NCBI GenBank assembly: GCA_964252035.1
Contig: OZ176216.1
Reading direction: 5' to 3' (one strand)
Length of the DNA stretch: 64,000 nt
From: Podarcis erhardii
Lineage: Eukaryota
Part shown: positions 45,301 through 59,300 of the stretch, one piece after another
Position numbering within the stretch: position 1 is the stretch's first letter
How the letters are laid out: every line of letters begins with the position of its first letter
Notes under the pieces: model-generated
What the model was told of the DNA's origin: nothing
What the model saw: only the letters and a program-made list of their open reading frames with translations
Databases searched by the model: none
Position numbers and translations under genes: made by a program

Positions 45301-48300
45301 ACTGTGACCCCCCTAGGTCCTTTTCATAGTTTATACATAAGGCCCTGCGGTGCCCATTTGTGGGGAAGGCTGGCTATTTTTGGAAGGGGTTTGTGCTGTT
45401 GGGGCGCAGCCCTACAAGAAAACGCCCATGCCCAGGGTCCTGTTCACCCCCCAGACAGGCTTCTCATGGTCGTCGTCATGAGTTTATTTGTATGTTGCTT
45501 TTCCATGACAGAGCCACACTCAGAGCGGCTCACAAGAACATGCAGAATAAAATACAGCATTTCAAGATAATACATTTAATACAGTGGTACCTCTGGTTAT
45601 GTACTTAATTCTTTCCAGAGGTCTGTTCTTAACCTGAAACTGTTCTTAACCTGAGGTACCACTTTAGCTAATGTGCCAGAGAGGGATAATATTTTCCCAG
45701 TTTTCTTGCGTCCTCTCACAGCCTTGCCTCCAAAGACAGAACTTGAGCATACAGTGATCACCATCAAGTTTGCAGTTTAAACGAAAATAATAATAATCAC
45801 AATAATGATTAACAGCTGCATTTTTAAAAAAATTCTTTCTCTGTACACTGGCTAAAGCGATTGCTGTACACTGTAAACTCGGACGTGTAATATTTCTGTG
45901 TGAATGTTACCTGGTAGCGTGGTGGGGTCTGAGTAGCACTCTGGGGGTCCGCCCACTGCCCCTTCCCCCCTCTCCCCCCCTTCCCTTCCCACAGCCCCGT
46001 GGGGGCTAAAAACACATTGATGACAAATTAATGAAGCCTTAAGCTGTTGCTCCTCCGGTTCTCCCTAACGAGCATGGATTAAACTCTGAAAGCTATCAGA
46101 CAAAAACTTCCTTTTTTAAAAAAAAGAAAAGAAAACCACGACAAAATTTCCAAATGTTTAAAAGTGACGTCCTAGTTGGCTTAGAGGTTCTTAAGGATTT
46201 TTCAGAAGTTGGGGAAATTAGGATCAGTTTTTAAATCTGTGTATCTCTTTTGATTTAGGTGTCTAGTTCTGGGCTGTAGGAAACCTTGGTGACCTTCTTG
46301 AGCTTAGCTGCCATCTCTCTCCCCGCCCCGCCCCCCAACCCAGTGCAGGATCCTGAGCACTACTTTGGCTATTTTAAAAATCCCTCGATCAGGGTGTTAG
46401 AAGAATCGTGGGGTCCTTCCTTTTTTAAAGTGCTGTTGCGCTGTCTCCTTAGGACAAGATTCAGTGATCTAAAATACTTTTTTTTTTTAAAGCGGATTAA
46501 ATTATGCGCCGGCTTGCGTTGCCTTAACAGGATGCCTGATCTGTTACGCCAAATCCTAGCGCCACAGAAATCCTAATTTATTGTTCTTAGAATCTGACCC
46601 CTGCGGCCTTTTTGCTTGCTTTCTTTTTTTATTCGCTGGGGAGAGGGAGGAAGAAGATGGGGTCCACACATTTTGGTGAAAAAATGGGTGGTCTCCAATC
46701 TCACTTCTGCCCCCATCCTACTTCCAGCGAAGGGTTCTCCTGCAACCCGCCCCCCCGCCCCCCCCCCGCCCCGCAGCAACAGGGCCAGAGGCCTCTCCCT
46801 GCTTCCCTCCTCAGCCAGTCAACCGCTGCTGGGTGCTCTTTGGTTTTGTTCCGTTTTTTAAGGTTCCTGTAAACTTCTGATACCTGGACATGTTTTTACT
46901 GAAAACCTTCCCTGTCCTCTGTCACCTCTCCAGGTACCAAGCTTAGACTGTTAAACTGCAGCTCCTTTTAGACTCCTCCACCTTTTGATCCCAGAGCAGT
47001 GCCGGAGCTAGCCCCCAGACTGCCTCCCCCCCCCCCCCCCGCACGGCAGAGCTAGTGCCCAGACCTCTCCCCCCTCTCTCAAATTATCACTGTTGTTGCT
47101 GTCGTTTTTGTGGAGAGGCACCTCCGTCTACCTTCATAGTTTTGTTTTTCTGTTGTTTTTTGAGCTCCTAAATCAGGGGTCCAGCACAGCTCACTTAACC
47201 ACCGTGTCCCCTTTTTCTCCGGTGATGGCCAGGGCCTACACTAGCTCAGCTTTGAGGTGCTCCCTTCCCCACAAGGTACCCACATGTTCCCCCTGCCCCC
47301 CCCTTGCAGAATTTGGGCTGGAAGTGAAGGGCCTTCAGCCTGCTTTGGTGCTGCCCAATTCCCTCCTCTTTTCCCCCAGCACCACCACTACAAATAAACT
47401 AGTTTTAAACAGACTTCCTTTAGCAAAGGGACAGGAGCATTTCCTCAGACACATTGGCTGTTGACCACTCCGTTCTTGACCTGCGGCCATGTTTTTACAA
47501 GCTTGGTGCGGTGGGCATCATGTAGCATGTTCACCTTGAAGAGGAGGAGGGACACGCTACTTGTCCCTTTGCACCTTCTTTTCCTTACAGTCCATCCTCC
47601 TTGGGCCACTACTCAGAAAGGTGTGGGCCTCCTAGGAATGGGGGGAGAAGGATGTAGAGGCCTGTTGGAGCACTGTAGGAGCCCCCGTCCTATTTCATCG
47701 CAGTTCCAGTAACGCCAAGACAGCACCTCCCTCTTCTCTCCCCCCACCCCCCTTCCCAGAATCAAGCTACAGGCCCACAGTTTTGCTCAGAATGCAGAAA
47801 AGTCCTGCAGCTGCCACTTGGAGAGATTCCCCCGTCTCTCTGCAGGTTGGGGTGTGAGGGGAAGCATTTGGGGAGCCCTCAGAGCAAAAGCAGTGACCCT
47901 TGCAGGTTCCCATGGGGTGTCCACAGTGCCCCTCACCCCCCAGGAGCAGGGAAGATCTTCTGCATGGGGGGAGGAGGAGGAAGGTTGATGGTCTTAAACT
48001 GCTGCTGTATTTTCCTTAAAAAACACTTCACTGATTATAATTACTGTTATTAATATAAGCTGCTGCTCATGTGCTACGGGTATCCAAACTAGAGTTTCTT
48101 CTCTCTTTCTCTCTCTTTATTTTATTTTTTTTTTGGTCTGCAGGAACAAAAAATAAAAAAGTGAAGCCAAAAAAACCCTCAAATCTCTGGTCACGCTTTC
48201 TCTGTCTCCCGCAACCCTTTCTGAAGGGTGCCTGAGTGTGGTCCGTCCACCTTGCCCAAAGCCTGCCTGCACTGTTGTGGGTATTCTTGGAAAGTTGGGG

Positions 48301-48331
48301 GTGGGAAGTGTCTCTGTGCCATGAGGGGTTA

Positions 48332-48668
48332 AAGTTAAAGGGACCACTGACCATTAGGTCCAGTCGTGGCCGACTCTGGGGTTGCAGCGCTCATCTCGCT
48401 TTACTGGCCGAGGGAGCCAGCGTACAGCTTCCGGGTCATGTGGCCAGCATGACTGAGCCGCTTCTGGTGAACCAGAGCAGCACATGGAAACGCCATTTAC
48501 CTTCCCGCCAGAGCGGTACCTATTTATCTACTTGCACTTCGACGTGCTTTTGAACTGCTAGCTTGGCAGGGGCAGGGACTGAGCAACGGGAGCTCACCCC
48601 GTCGCAGGGATTCTGATTGGCAAGTCCTAGGCTCTGTGGTTTAACCCACAGCGCCACCCACGTCCCAC
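48332..48668 (-). mobile_element. Sauria SINE with a perfect 13-bp TSD CCATGAGGGGTTA
   Basis: TSD at 48319-48331 and 48669-48681; near full length. Confidence 0.92.
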
Positions 48669-49331
48669 CCATGAGGGGTTAGGGACTCCTTTTCAGCCTG
48701 AGAAGCCCCATCTCCACAAGGGCAAGCAGGGAGCCCACCTGTCCTCAGGGGAAGTTATGGAAGTGACTTTGCCTTTTGGGGTCCAATCACTCCAAAGCTG
48801 GAGCGGTTTTCCATGACTCATGGTAACGCTGGCACCTCTCCCCACCGTGGCATGTGAGAGACATGGTCACCATTCAGCAGCACAGACCAGCTAGGCAGAA
48901 GCAGGCAAGGAACAGGGGGGAGGCCAGTGAGGCAAGAGTCCCAAGGGTGGCCTAGAGAGAGCTCTGATCCTGACACCTCACACCCGTGTTGCACAGAGTA
49001 TGAAAAGAGGATCGGACACATTCATGGAGGAGAGCTATTGAAGACTGCCAGCCACAATGGCTGTGCTCTTGCCTCCACAGCTGGGAGGCAGCGGTGCTTC
49101 TGAATTCCAGTTTCTGGAAACGGCAGGAGGGGAGAGTTGCTCTTGTGTCGAATTCTGCTTGCTGGTTTCCCAGCAGAGGCATCTGGCTGGCCAGCTTGAG
49201 AACAGGGGGCTGGACTGGATAGTCCATCTTGGCACCTATTCCCACAATTATTGTTTGGAATAATGGGATTTTATATTATTGTAGCCCACCCTGGGACCTG
49301 CTGGTAAAGGGTCAGCTAACTGAGTACAGTA

Positions 49332-49452
49332 TCTGAAGAAGTGTGCATGCACACGAAAGCTCATACCTAGAACTAACTTAGTTGGTCTTTAAGGTGCTAC
49401 TGGAAGGAATTTTTTGTTTTGACTATGGCAGACCAACACGGCTACCTATCTG
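49332..49452 (+). mobile_element. 121-bp Penelope-like element terminal fragment with a 15-bp TSD and hammerhead core
   Basis: TAACTGAGTACAGTA at 49317-49331 and 49453-49467; the insert begins TCTGAAGAAGTGTGCATGCACACGAAAGCTCATAC. The Penelope-like assignment is from family recognition, not a database search. Confidence 0.7.
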
Positions 49453-52451
49453 TAACTGAGTACAGTAATAGCAGCTCAGCTGTGCCTAAACTGACTGGCA
49501 GCAGCAGCTCTCTGGGGTCTCAGGCAGGAATGTCTCCCAGGACGCCGCTGGGAACTGAACCCTGGAACTTCCAGCCATGGTGGCTGCTGGGCACTTGAGT
49601 TCAAGAAAATGCCCAACAACATTTGGAGGGCCATGCATTTCCCCTGTCTCTGCCTGAGGCGTGGCATGTGCTAGACCAGGACACTGAGCGTCAGGACAGA
49701 CCAGAACAGTGTTTCTTGGGAGGGAGGAAGCTGAGAGCGGCATTGTGTTGGTAGGAGCAAATTGGCAGGAGCCAATGATGCAGGGGAGCCTTACGACTGT
49801 CTCTCCACTGAAAACATCAATCATTCATTTTATTCATCCATTGCATTTATATCCTGGCTTTTTCCGTCAAGGAGGCATGCTTGCTGCTCCCCTTCCTCAT
49901 TCTAACCCCCACAGCAGCCCTGTGAGGTAGGTTAGGCTGAAAGGCCGTGACTGGCCCAAGGTCACACCCAGTGCATCTCATGGCAGAGTAGGGATTTGAA
50001 CCCTGGCCTGAGTCAGAAAGTCTAACCACCACACCACACTGCCTCTCAGCTGCCGCCTGGGAGCTGCAGTCTTCCTGGTTCTTACTGCAGGAATCCTCAG
50101 CTTCCATGGCCTCTGTATCAGAGTGTGAGCTTTGCGCACAGCAGGATGTGGGCCACCCTGCCCAAGCGCATGGCTGTTGCTCACTGCAGCTCCCAAGCTC
50201 GTACGCTAGAGGGCAGGCTCGCCTCGCACTGCGCTGCTTCTGCACTCTCCAGAGGCTGCCTCCAGCCTTGAGAAGCAAGCGCCGCTCCATTCCTTGCTCA
50301 CCTACCAAATGCCTTGTGACGTGGCCTCCTTTCAACCGCAAGCCAAGCCTCGCACTCTGCTCTCAAGCCTCTTGGCCTTCTGGGAAGTAAACAAGCTGCC
50401 AGCTCTGCTCCGCTTTCCCCAAGGGCCTGGCAGGTTGTGCAGTGCGCTTGTACAAGTTTTGGAGCGCAGAGGCCCCTTTTGAGAACTCTCACCAGGGGGT
50501 TGGACTAGATGGCCCTTTGGGTTCCCTTTCCAGCTCTACAGTCAGGCACATGGCCAGGGACAAAGAGGTTACGCAAGACAGACAACTGCTTTTGGAGGCC
50601 CCTGAAGGAACATGGCAGTGTGAGTCGTGCCACCCCAGGGGGGCTGCTGGAAGGGGGACAAGGGCTAATGCAGGCTGTTTTTTAAATGGTTGAGGATCCA
50701 CTTGCCACCTAATACGATTCCAAGCCGGGATTAGTCAAGAGCTGAGCTGGCCAGGCTCTTTGCTTATAGCTGTAGAGGTCAGTGGGTGGTTAGAGGCCTG
50801 GTGGTCCCATTCTGCCCATCTTTGCTGGCTTGGAGACTTGCTTGTCACAAGCCTAAAAACCTGCTCGGTTGACGAGAGTCCTAGGTTCCCAGACATTTTC
50901 TGAGCCACTGCTTCCTTGGTTCCCAGTTCCCCCTACCCTGTAAAAAGTGTAATTCAGAACAGTGCTTTGCCCCAATAACACAATACAACTCAAAACAGCA
51001 GCAATTAATTGCACATTCGTTCAAACCCCAGTTAAAACGAGTTAGTTTAAGGATTTGAACAAAACGGATGAACTTTATCCTGGGAGAGCAGATTTTTAAA
51101 GTCTGATAGTCATGTATCCCTTCAACATCCCCTTGCCTCTTAGTGCCTCCTGGAAAATTCCAATACCCCACAGGGGTCAGTACTTTGGAAACCGCTCATC
51201 TAGAGGGAAGCCTTTTGCAGCCTCTCCCAGGAAACCAAAGCTATTCTCCCTCCTCCACCACTTCAAATTCTAGTCCTCATTGCTCCCAATAGAGGGGGAC
51301 ATAGGAAACTGCTTTATAGAGGCTCTGGCTGAGGTTTTGGTTCACAATGTGAGACTCAGGCTCTATTGCATGCTGGACCATTAGCTGATGCTTCTCTTCC
51401 ACCCATGGGCAGGTGATAGTTTTTGGAAGATGCTGAACCTGAGATCTTCTGGACTGAGCAATAACCCACCCCAACTGTAGCTTGCCCCATCCCTGCCCAT
51501 TTTACTGGTCTCCTTAGCCGCCTGCTGCCTCTAAAAACAGATAATCTCCTGGCCAGCAGCTTGTACTAGCCATAGTGGCTTGGCTCTGCCTCCGCAGTCA
51601 GCCTGCAACACTTTGGAGCAGCAGCTGGAAACCTCAGGAGGGGGCAACCTGCTTGCGGGTTTCCCTGGCTGGCCACTGTAAGAACAGGATGCTGGACAAG
51701 ATGGGCCTGATCCAGCAGCCAGGCTCTTCTTGCCTTCTGGTAACCAGGGCAGGTGACTCCACAGTTTCTCACCTGGTGCCCTCCCCTCCAGGTCTGCGAA
51801 AACTGGGCTGCACTTCAAAGGCCTCTTTGGAGAAGAATATTGGCATCCAAATTCACACCTGGAGAGAAGGCTGCCAGGGATTTGATTGTCTTTCTCTCAC
51901 TTGACTCCAAGCAGAGCCGCTCCCAGCTTCGCTGGCTCTGGTTTCAGCAAAGGAAGAAGGCTGGAGGAACATTAAGGAGCAGCAAGACTTGTAGCCCCCA
52001 GCCAGCGCAGAGAGCCTGGAGGTTCTGGCCACCTCCCCTCAAAAAGGATATTGCAGAGTTGGGAAAGATTCAGAAAACGGCTCCCTTGCGAAGAAGGGTC
52101 CCAGAGTTTGGGGCTTTTTAGTTCAGAGAAAAAGCGAGGGAGAGGAGACAAAACAGTAGTTCACAAAATCACACATAGCCTAGGGAAAGGGAATAGAGAA
52201 GAGTTTTCTCCCTCTGTTGTAATACTAGAACTCGAAGCTGGATGTTGGAAAATTCAGAGTGGATCAAATAAAGGCAGGGCTTTTTTTCCAACAAATCCAT
52301 GGAGGAGGAGAGGACTATTGGTGACCACTAGCCAGGGTGGTCTGCCTCCATCGTTAGAGGCAGTGATGCTTCCGAATCCCAGAGGTTTCAGGGTTAGATG
52401 GGCCATGGCCCTGATCCCGCACGGGCTCTTCCTGTGTCCTTATGGGGACAT

Positions 52452-52838
52452 TGGTGGAGAGAATAACTGGGTGCCCTCTTCCCACCTTGGATCAAATCTA
52501 CGCTTCCAGGTGCCATAAGAAAGCTGCAGAGATAGCACAGGATAGTGCCCACCCCGGAAATGATCTCTTTCAGCTTCTGTCTTCTGGAAGAAGGTCCAGG
52601 GTTATAAAGACTAGGACTAGCCACCTGAGAAACAGTTTCTACCCAAATGCGATTTTGGTATTAAATGCATTGTAAGGAGTCTGTATGGGAGTATATTGTA
52701 TTTAAAAATGGGGTATCAGAGTTTTTAGGGGCTTAACCAGGCTGGGATAGCAGGCTTGTTGGTTTTTGAATGTCTGGTGCAGATTTTTTCAATTTTGTTG
52801 TTCTGGATGGGACAATGACAATAAAGATTATCGTATTG
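52452..52838 (+). mobile_element. Rex1/Babar LINE 3' end
   Basis: ERITGCPLPTLDQIYASRCHKKA..I..D..HPG..LFQLL.SGRR.R.I..RT..L.NSFYP.AI..LN is the Rex1/Babar C-terminal motif; tail AATGACAATAAAG. Confidence 0.8.
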
Positions 52839-53984
52839 TGTGTGCACTGGGGGGTGGGATTCAAAGCTAGGGATCAGTTGAGGCAGCTCCCCCTCCTGCA
52901 CATCTGGGAGGGAGGGGGAGCCCAGCAGGGCAGGTTGCTTGAGGTGAGGTTGGCAGGGGATTGGGGGGCAGTGCTAGGCATATAAAGATGATTTAGTAGT
53001 GGCTGCCAGGAAGCCCTCCTTGCCATCCCACTGCCGGAGGGTTGCTGTCATCATTCATTATTGCTTAAATTAGATTCTTTGCTCCATTTGGCTGCAACCT
53101 CCAACCCCCTGCGGTTCTGCAACCCTATAATCTTGGGGTGAGGACAAATGGGATCATCAGCACTGTCTCTTCCCCTCCTCCAAACACTCACAAACATTAT
53201 CTGGGTCTGGCTTTCCTAACCCGAGGAAGGGAGACTTCAGACTTGCAGGATCTACTTAGGGTGGTTTTGGGGTTTTGTTTTGTTTTGTTTTTACCAGAAT
53301 CCCAAAGGTCTGCTAACCAGAGTCCGTGTTAATTACAATTAAAGAATTGCGAGCCCAGGAAGCTGCTGTTGTTTGGTAAAGAATAGCTGAAAATTCAAAG
53401 GTGGGAAGCGAAACTGTGAAACAGGCACACAGAATGAGTCCAGTTGCACACACGGGAGTTTAAATAACAAAGTCCAAGTAAAGAATATTACCTGATTTAT
53501 CAAATAAAGATCCAGGTTTGGGATAAGGGCTGCCTTTAACATGATGATTCCACCCCATGTCATAAAGGAACGCCAAATCATATGGAAAGTGCCTGGGGGT
53601 TCTCAACCCTGTCAAAATCTCAGATTATTGTTTCCTCCATTATAGCTCTATTCCAGAGCGAGGGCTGTCAAGTGTCCAGTGTTGAGATTTTGGGCTGTTT
53701 TCTATCAAGTTCAGGAAGTTGCTTTGAGCTCTAGAACTGAAGTGACTCCTCAGACTTTCTGTACTACCACTTGTTTGTTTGTTTGTTTGTTTGTTTGTTA
53801 TTACATTTCTCCCAAGTTTCTCAAGGAGGAGTACATAGTTATTCTCCTCCCCATTTTATCCTCACAACAACCCTATGAGGTAGGTGCGGGTGAGAGGGAG
53901 TGGTTGTGACTCAAAGTCACATGCAGGGAGCTTCATGGCTGCGTGGGGATCGAACCCTGGTCTCCCAGCTCCAATGCTCTAGCC

Positions 53985-54242
53985 CAGGGGTCAGCAAACT
54001 TTTTCAGCAGGGGGCCGGTCCACTGTCCCTCAGACCTTGCACGGAGCTGGACTGTATTTTTTTTTGGGGGGGGGGAATGAATGAATTCCTATGCCCCACA
54101 AATAACCCAGAGATGCATTTTAAATAAAAGCACACATTCTACTCATGTAAAAATGGTAAAAACACGCCGGACCGTCCACGGGCCGGATTCAGAAGGCGAT
54201 GGGGCCATATCCGGGCCCCAGGCCTTAGTTTGCCTACCCATG
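53985..54242. mobile_element. hAT (Charlie-type) MITE nested in a MIR-like SINE
   Basis: TIRs CAGGGGTCAGCAAAC / GTTTGCCTACCCATG; 8-bp TSD CTCTAGCC / CTCTAACC. Confidence 0.85.
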
Positions 54243-54612
54243 CTCTAACCACTCTGCCACACTGACCCCCCCAAACACACTAACACCTCCCCAACTGTCT
54301 TCATGTAAGCAAAGTAATTGGGGGGTGGGGAATCAGTGGTGCCATTGCTGAAAAAATGGCAGACATCCATGTCTATAAATTCATGTATATAAAGTCAGCT
54401 CTACAATCCTAGAACACTGGCGTTCTTATGGACGATGTTCGACACATTTGTGCAGGATGAGGCTATCAGGGGCTACCACATTCTCCCTCCAGTTCCAGAG
54501 GCAGTCTACCTGGGAGTAGCAAGAGGGGAGATTTCCTGCTCTCGTGCTTAGGTCCTGCTTGCAGCCTTTGCAGAGGATTCTGGCCAGTCCCTGTGAGGAC
54601 AGGATGCTGGAC

Positions 54613-54656
<44 letters not shown>

Positions 54657-55077
54657 TTTATTTATACCCCGCCCTCCCCAGCCAGAGCTAGGCTCAGGGC
54701 GGCTAACAGAATAAAATCACAGTAAAAACATAATAAATGAAAAAGCGGGGGGGGGGGGGACCGGGACCCAATTTAAAATACAGGTTAAAATGCAATTTAA
54801 AATGCAGCCTCATTTTAAAATACAGTAGCCGATAAATCAAGATGGGCCCCCTGTGGCCTGATCCAGCAACCAGGCTCTTCTTATGTTTTTATGGAACCTC
54901 CAGGTCCAGAGGCAGTCTACCTTGATTCCTAGGAATATACGGCCACTGTGAGAACAGGATGCTGGACGGGCCAGTGGCCTGATGCAGAGAGGCTGAGCTT
55001 GCGTTCTAACGTGAAATGGAGAGAGAATTGTGGATGCCACCTTGAGCCTGGAGGAAAGCTGGGGTAGAAATGGGATA

Positions 55078-55412
55078 GGTAAACCCCTGACCAGTCGCGG
55101 ACGACTGTGGCGTCGTGGCACTCATCTCGCTTTACTGGCCGAGGGAGCCGGTGTACAGCTTCCGGGTCATGTGGCCAGCATGACTAAGCCGCTTCTGGCG
55201 AACCAGAGCAGCGCACGGAAACGCCATTTACCTTCCCGCCGGAGTGGTACCTATTTATCTACTTGCACTTTGACGTGCTTTCGAACTGCTAGGTGGGCAG
55301 GAGCAGGGACTGAGCAACGGGAGCTCACTCCATCAAGGGGATTCAAACTGCTGACCTTCTGATCGGCAAGTCCTAGGCTCTGTGGTTTAACCCACAATGC
55401 CACCCGCGTCCC
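55078..55412 (-). mobile_element. Full-length Sauria SINE with a perfect 13-bp TSD TAGAAATGGGATA
   Basis: TSD at 55065-55077 and 55413-55425. Confidence 0.93.
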
Positions 55413-56075
55413 TAGAAATGGGATAACAACTGATAAAGCACTTGCCCGGCTAGCAACAACCTTGGGCCGCTTTCACCAAGGGCTTTAAACCCCCCTGGAA
55501 GCTGGACTGCAGCAGCAAGAGCCCCAGGCTCTGCCCCAAGGATGCCCCCCACGGCCTGGCCCATGTTGCCTAGTTAGCAGCTTTAAAAATAGCCTCGTGA
55601 TTGGATGATGCTAATCGGGCTTTAGGGCACCAAGGGGCACATCGCCCCAGGCAGCAGCCTCTGCGTGGCACAGCTAAGTCTCTCTGCTCAGAGGAGACGC
55701 ACCACCAGCTGCCTTAGAAGAGAGCATTCAATTAAAACAACAACAACAATTTTAAAGTAATATTCATATTCTGAATTAAGGTTTATCTATTGCTAGTCTA
55801 TCAATCCAACTCAAAGCATTAGTCAAGATTTTGCACTCTGTTTTTTGGCTTTGGTTCATTTTTTATAACATCGTGATTTATTATTATTTTTTTCCTGCAG
55901 TTTGATTAATTTGCCACATTCTTCTATGGCTTGGCAAGTTCTGTTGGCTTCACACCAGCTCACTTACTGCATGTTACTGCAACAGAAATTCCAGTCTTGG
56001 CCTTTTTACAGCTCCTGTTTTGGATATGTGATGTTTGTTGTTCTTTTTGTTACAAATGTAATTTTAAAAATATTT

Positions 56076-56130
<55 letters not shown>

Positions 56131-56131
<1 letters not shown>

Positions 56132-56356
56132 AGTGGTACCTCGGGTTAAGTACTTAAGTCATTCCAGAGGTCTGTTCTTAACCTGAAACTGTTCTTAACC
56201 TGAAGCACCACTTTAGCTAATGGGGCCTCCCGCTGCCGCCACGCTGCTGGCTCACAATTTCTGTTCTCATCCTGAAGCAAAGTTCTTAACCCAAGGTACT
56301 ATTTCTGGGTTAGCGGAGTCTGTAACCTGAAGCGTCTATAACCCAAGATACCACTA
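56131..56356. mobile_element. Tigger-like MITE adjoining (TTA)n
   Basis: CAGTGGTACCTCGGGTTA ... TAACCCAAGATACCACTA with TA flanks; near-identical to 5868-6082. Confidence 0.85.
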
Positions 56357-59300
56357 TATTATGAAATTCAGAGAGCTGAGAAACAGCAGGATCAACCATT
56401 CTGCGAAGTACTTTAGAAGTTATAGACTGAGGGGGTTGGGGCTTTCAAAATTAAGCCTTCTGGGGCAGTGGCCAGAGTGATGGACTAGGACCTGGGAGAC
56501 CAGGGTTCAAATAAATCCACACTGTGCTGGGTGACCTTGGGCCAGTCACTGCCTCTCTCAGCCTAACCTACCTTGCAGGGCAGTTGTGGGAATAAAATTG
56601 GGGAGGAGGGAGGCGAACTTGCTGCTCAACCCACCCTGTTAGATGATGAGACCACCAGGAGGCTTCCGTCGCTCAAGTATTCAGGCCATAAAAGGATTTT
56701 GAAAAGGACCAGCCCTTTGGACGTAATCTGGATCTGGGTGGGGAAGGATCAGCTCAGATATATTGCGATACAGACAGGTTACAGGACTGGTAATCAGCCT
56801 AAAGGCAGGACCCCTCTAATGCAATTGGGAGATTAGCAGGGCAGACATGGGACCAGGGTGCTCAGACAGATTTGGGGGAAGAGGGTGTCTCTGCAAAACA
56901 GGAAGCGGGGGGCAGAGGCAAAGCGAGAGAGGGGCTCTTGGTAAGGGAAGTTTGCCCTCTTCTACGAAACCCTTGCGCCTTGCTGGCCTCCTTGGGCTTT
57001 GGGCAGGGGCTTTGATTTGCTTCCCAAGCCGAGGCTGGCATCTCTAATGCCAAATCTTTGCCCTTCTCCATCCCACCCCCTCCCTGGAAAATGCTGGAAT
57101 TGTTATTACGCTGGGAAGACAGGCCTCATCCAATTCTCCCTCCTCCCTCACACCAGGCAGTCATTTCCTTCCCGTCCTCACCTCCATCTGCTGTGAATTA
57201 GCACCCAGCTCTCAGCAAAGTGCACCTTAATTACAGATCCGGCTAATTAGGTGCTGAGATTTCAAGCCCTGCACAGCTGCTGCTGGCTGTTAATTTTGGG
57301 AAATGAAGAAGGAGGGGCGGGGGACTACACTGAGTTCCAGCTGGTGATGCTGGAGAATTTTGGGGTGGAGAAAAGAGGAAATCATTTTCTGACCCCTTCC
57401 AACACTCTTCCAAGCGTCTGGTTGTGAATCTGGATCCCCCCCCCAAAGTTAAAAAAAGAAAGGGGGAGTTTGCTGGCACAGACAGTTTGCAAATGACTTT
57501 TGTGTGATATAATTGGGGGTGGGTGCAGAGTGGAATTGAAAGCAACTGCATTCTCTGTACATTAATGCACCAATTTCTTGACAATTATAGGGGGGAGAGC
57601 TGTATCGACTACTTCTACAGAAGCCGCATCACTGGGGGGAAATTATCACTTTTGCACTATAGAAAAAGGAGGGGGGAAGAGCGGAGGTTTTATCCCCCGC
57701 CTCCCTGCCCCCATTTGAATGCTTGTCAGAGGCTCCAAAGAACCATTCCCCCCTTTCTTCCCATGCTGGGGGGCGGGGGAGGGAGGGAGAGAGGGGTCCT
57801 GAGCCTCCGGGCAAGATTGACTTCCCAGCCATCTCCTTGTCTAAGCCCCTGTTGTCTGGGGCTGTATGTGGGTCACCGATTAAGGCAGAGCCTTTTGCCC
57901 CAGTTCCTAAGAGTCGGGATGGCAGGAAGCAGAGACACCCTTATTTTCCAGAACAGGATCCCCATCTGCCGCTTAAGCCCACTGGCCTCCAATGCATGGG
58001 GGGGTGGAAAGCACTCTGGGTTGCGACAGGACCACTCTGCACATCGGCAACCGCGGGCCGACTTGGGCAGAAGGTGGGTCCCGCTCTGACCGTTCCTATA
58101 AACACCACGCGACAAATTATAGAGATGCAGGAAGATGCTTCAGGCAGAATCAGGCCGCTGGAGCCACCGAGCATTGAGTGTGGTCTACTGTCCTGGACTG
58201 AGACCAGGGTTTGCATCCCTACTTGGGAAGAAGGCTGGGATTTAAATTCAAAATAGCTGTCATCATTTAGTGTCTGTCACAAGGGAGGGCAAGAGAACTA
58301 TCAAGGGAGATCTTAACCCCTGAGAGGGTCTGTAGGCAAGGAGGCACTGGGGGCCTGAGTCATTTAGGGCTTTAAACACTAATGTGAGCATCTTGGATCG
58401 GGCCCAGAAACCAGCTGACCGCTAGTTGATTTCGCACCCTTGAGGATTTACGATTGTGCCAGGAGTCAGACAGGAGATTGTGCATCCTTTGAATGGGCCC
58501 TTACGGATGCATCCTGCGACAAGATGCAACCTGTGCCGTGGTATAATTCTGCAAGGAAAAGAAGATTCACCACTAAGCGACTGGGTGGGGCTGCTTCCTT
58601 CCGTTTCCTCATTCAGTAAACCTTGTACCAGCAGTTGCCTAGGATTTTCTTTGAGAGAGATTTGAATTTCCCCCAGACAAAACCCGCTGCAAACACACCT
58701 TCTGTCTTTGATGCTCTAACAGGCTCCCATGGCACTCCTTTGGCTCCGGAAAATAGAATAATAGAACTGTAAACTTGGAAGGGACACCCAAGGCTCATCT
58801 AGTCTCACCCCATTGCAAGGCAGGATTTCAAAGCTTGTCTGAAACAACCTTCCTGCATTGGTTTTACAGATCACCTGATTTTAGGAATCTAGGATGCTGG
58901 CTTATCCAGACCTTTGGTCCTTCTGGCCCAGTACTGCCAGCTCTGACCGGCAGCTGCTCCCCAGGGCCTTGGGCAGAGAAGGGTCTTCTTTAGCACCTGA
59001 GACCTGATCCATTTCAACAGAACGGGAAACCTGCCTCCAGAGCTCATATTTTTTTAAAAAAATGTTAACCTTTCGTGGGGCAAAGGATCAAGATGGCAAG
59101 GAACTGGAATGCAAGGAATAAGTATGCCAAGCGCAGGAATATCACCTTTGCACCACAGAAAAATCGAAAACTGTTCCACCCGGATCTGCCTGGCAGGTGA
59201 CTCAGAGGTGAAGCATCTGGCAAATGCGGAAGAGGAACCTGAAGGCGGTGGCTGGATACACCCCGGGAGGGCAGAACCCACAGGCCAGGCCAGAGTCCAA

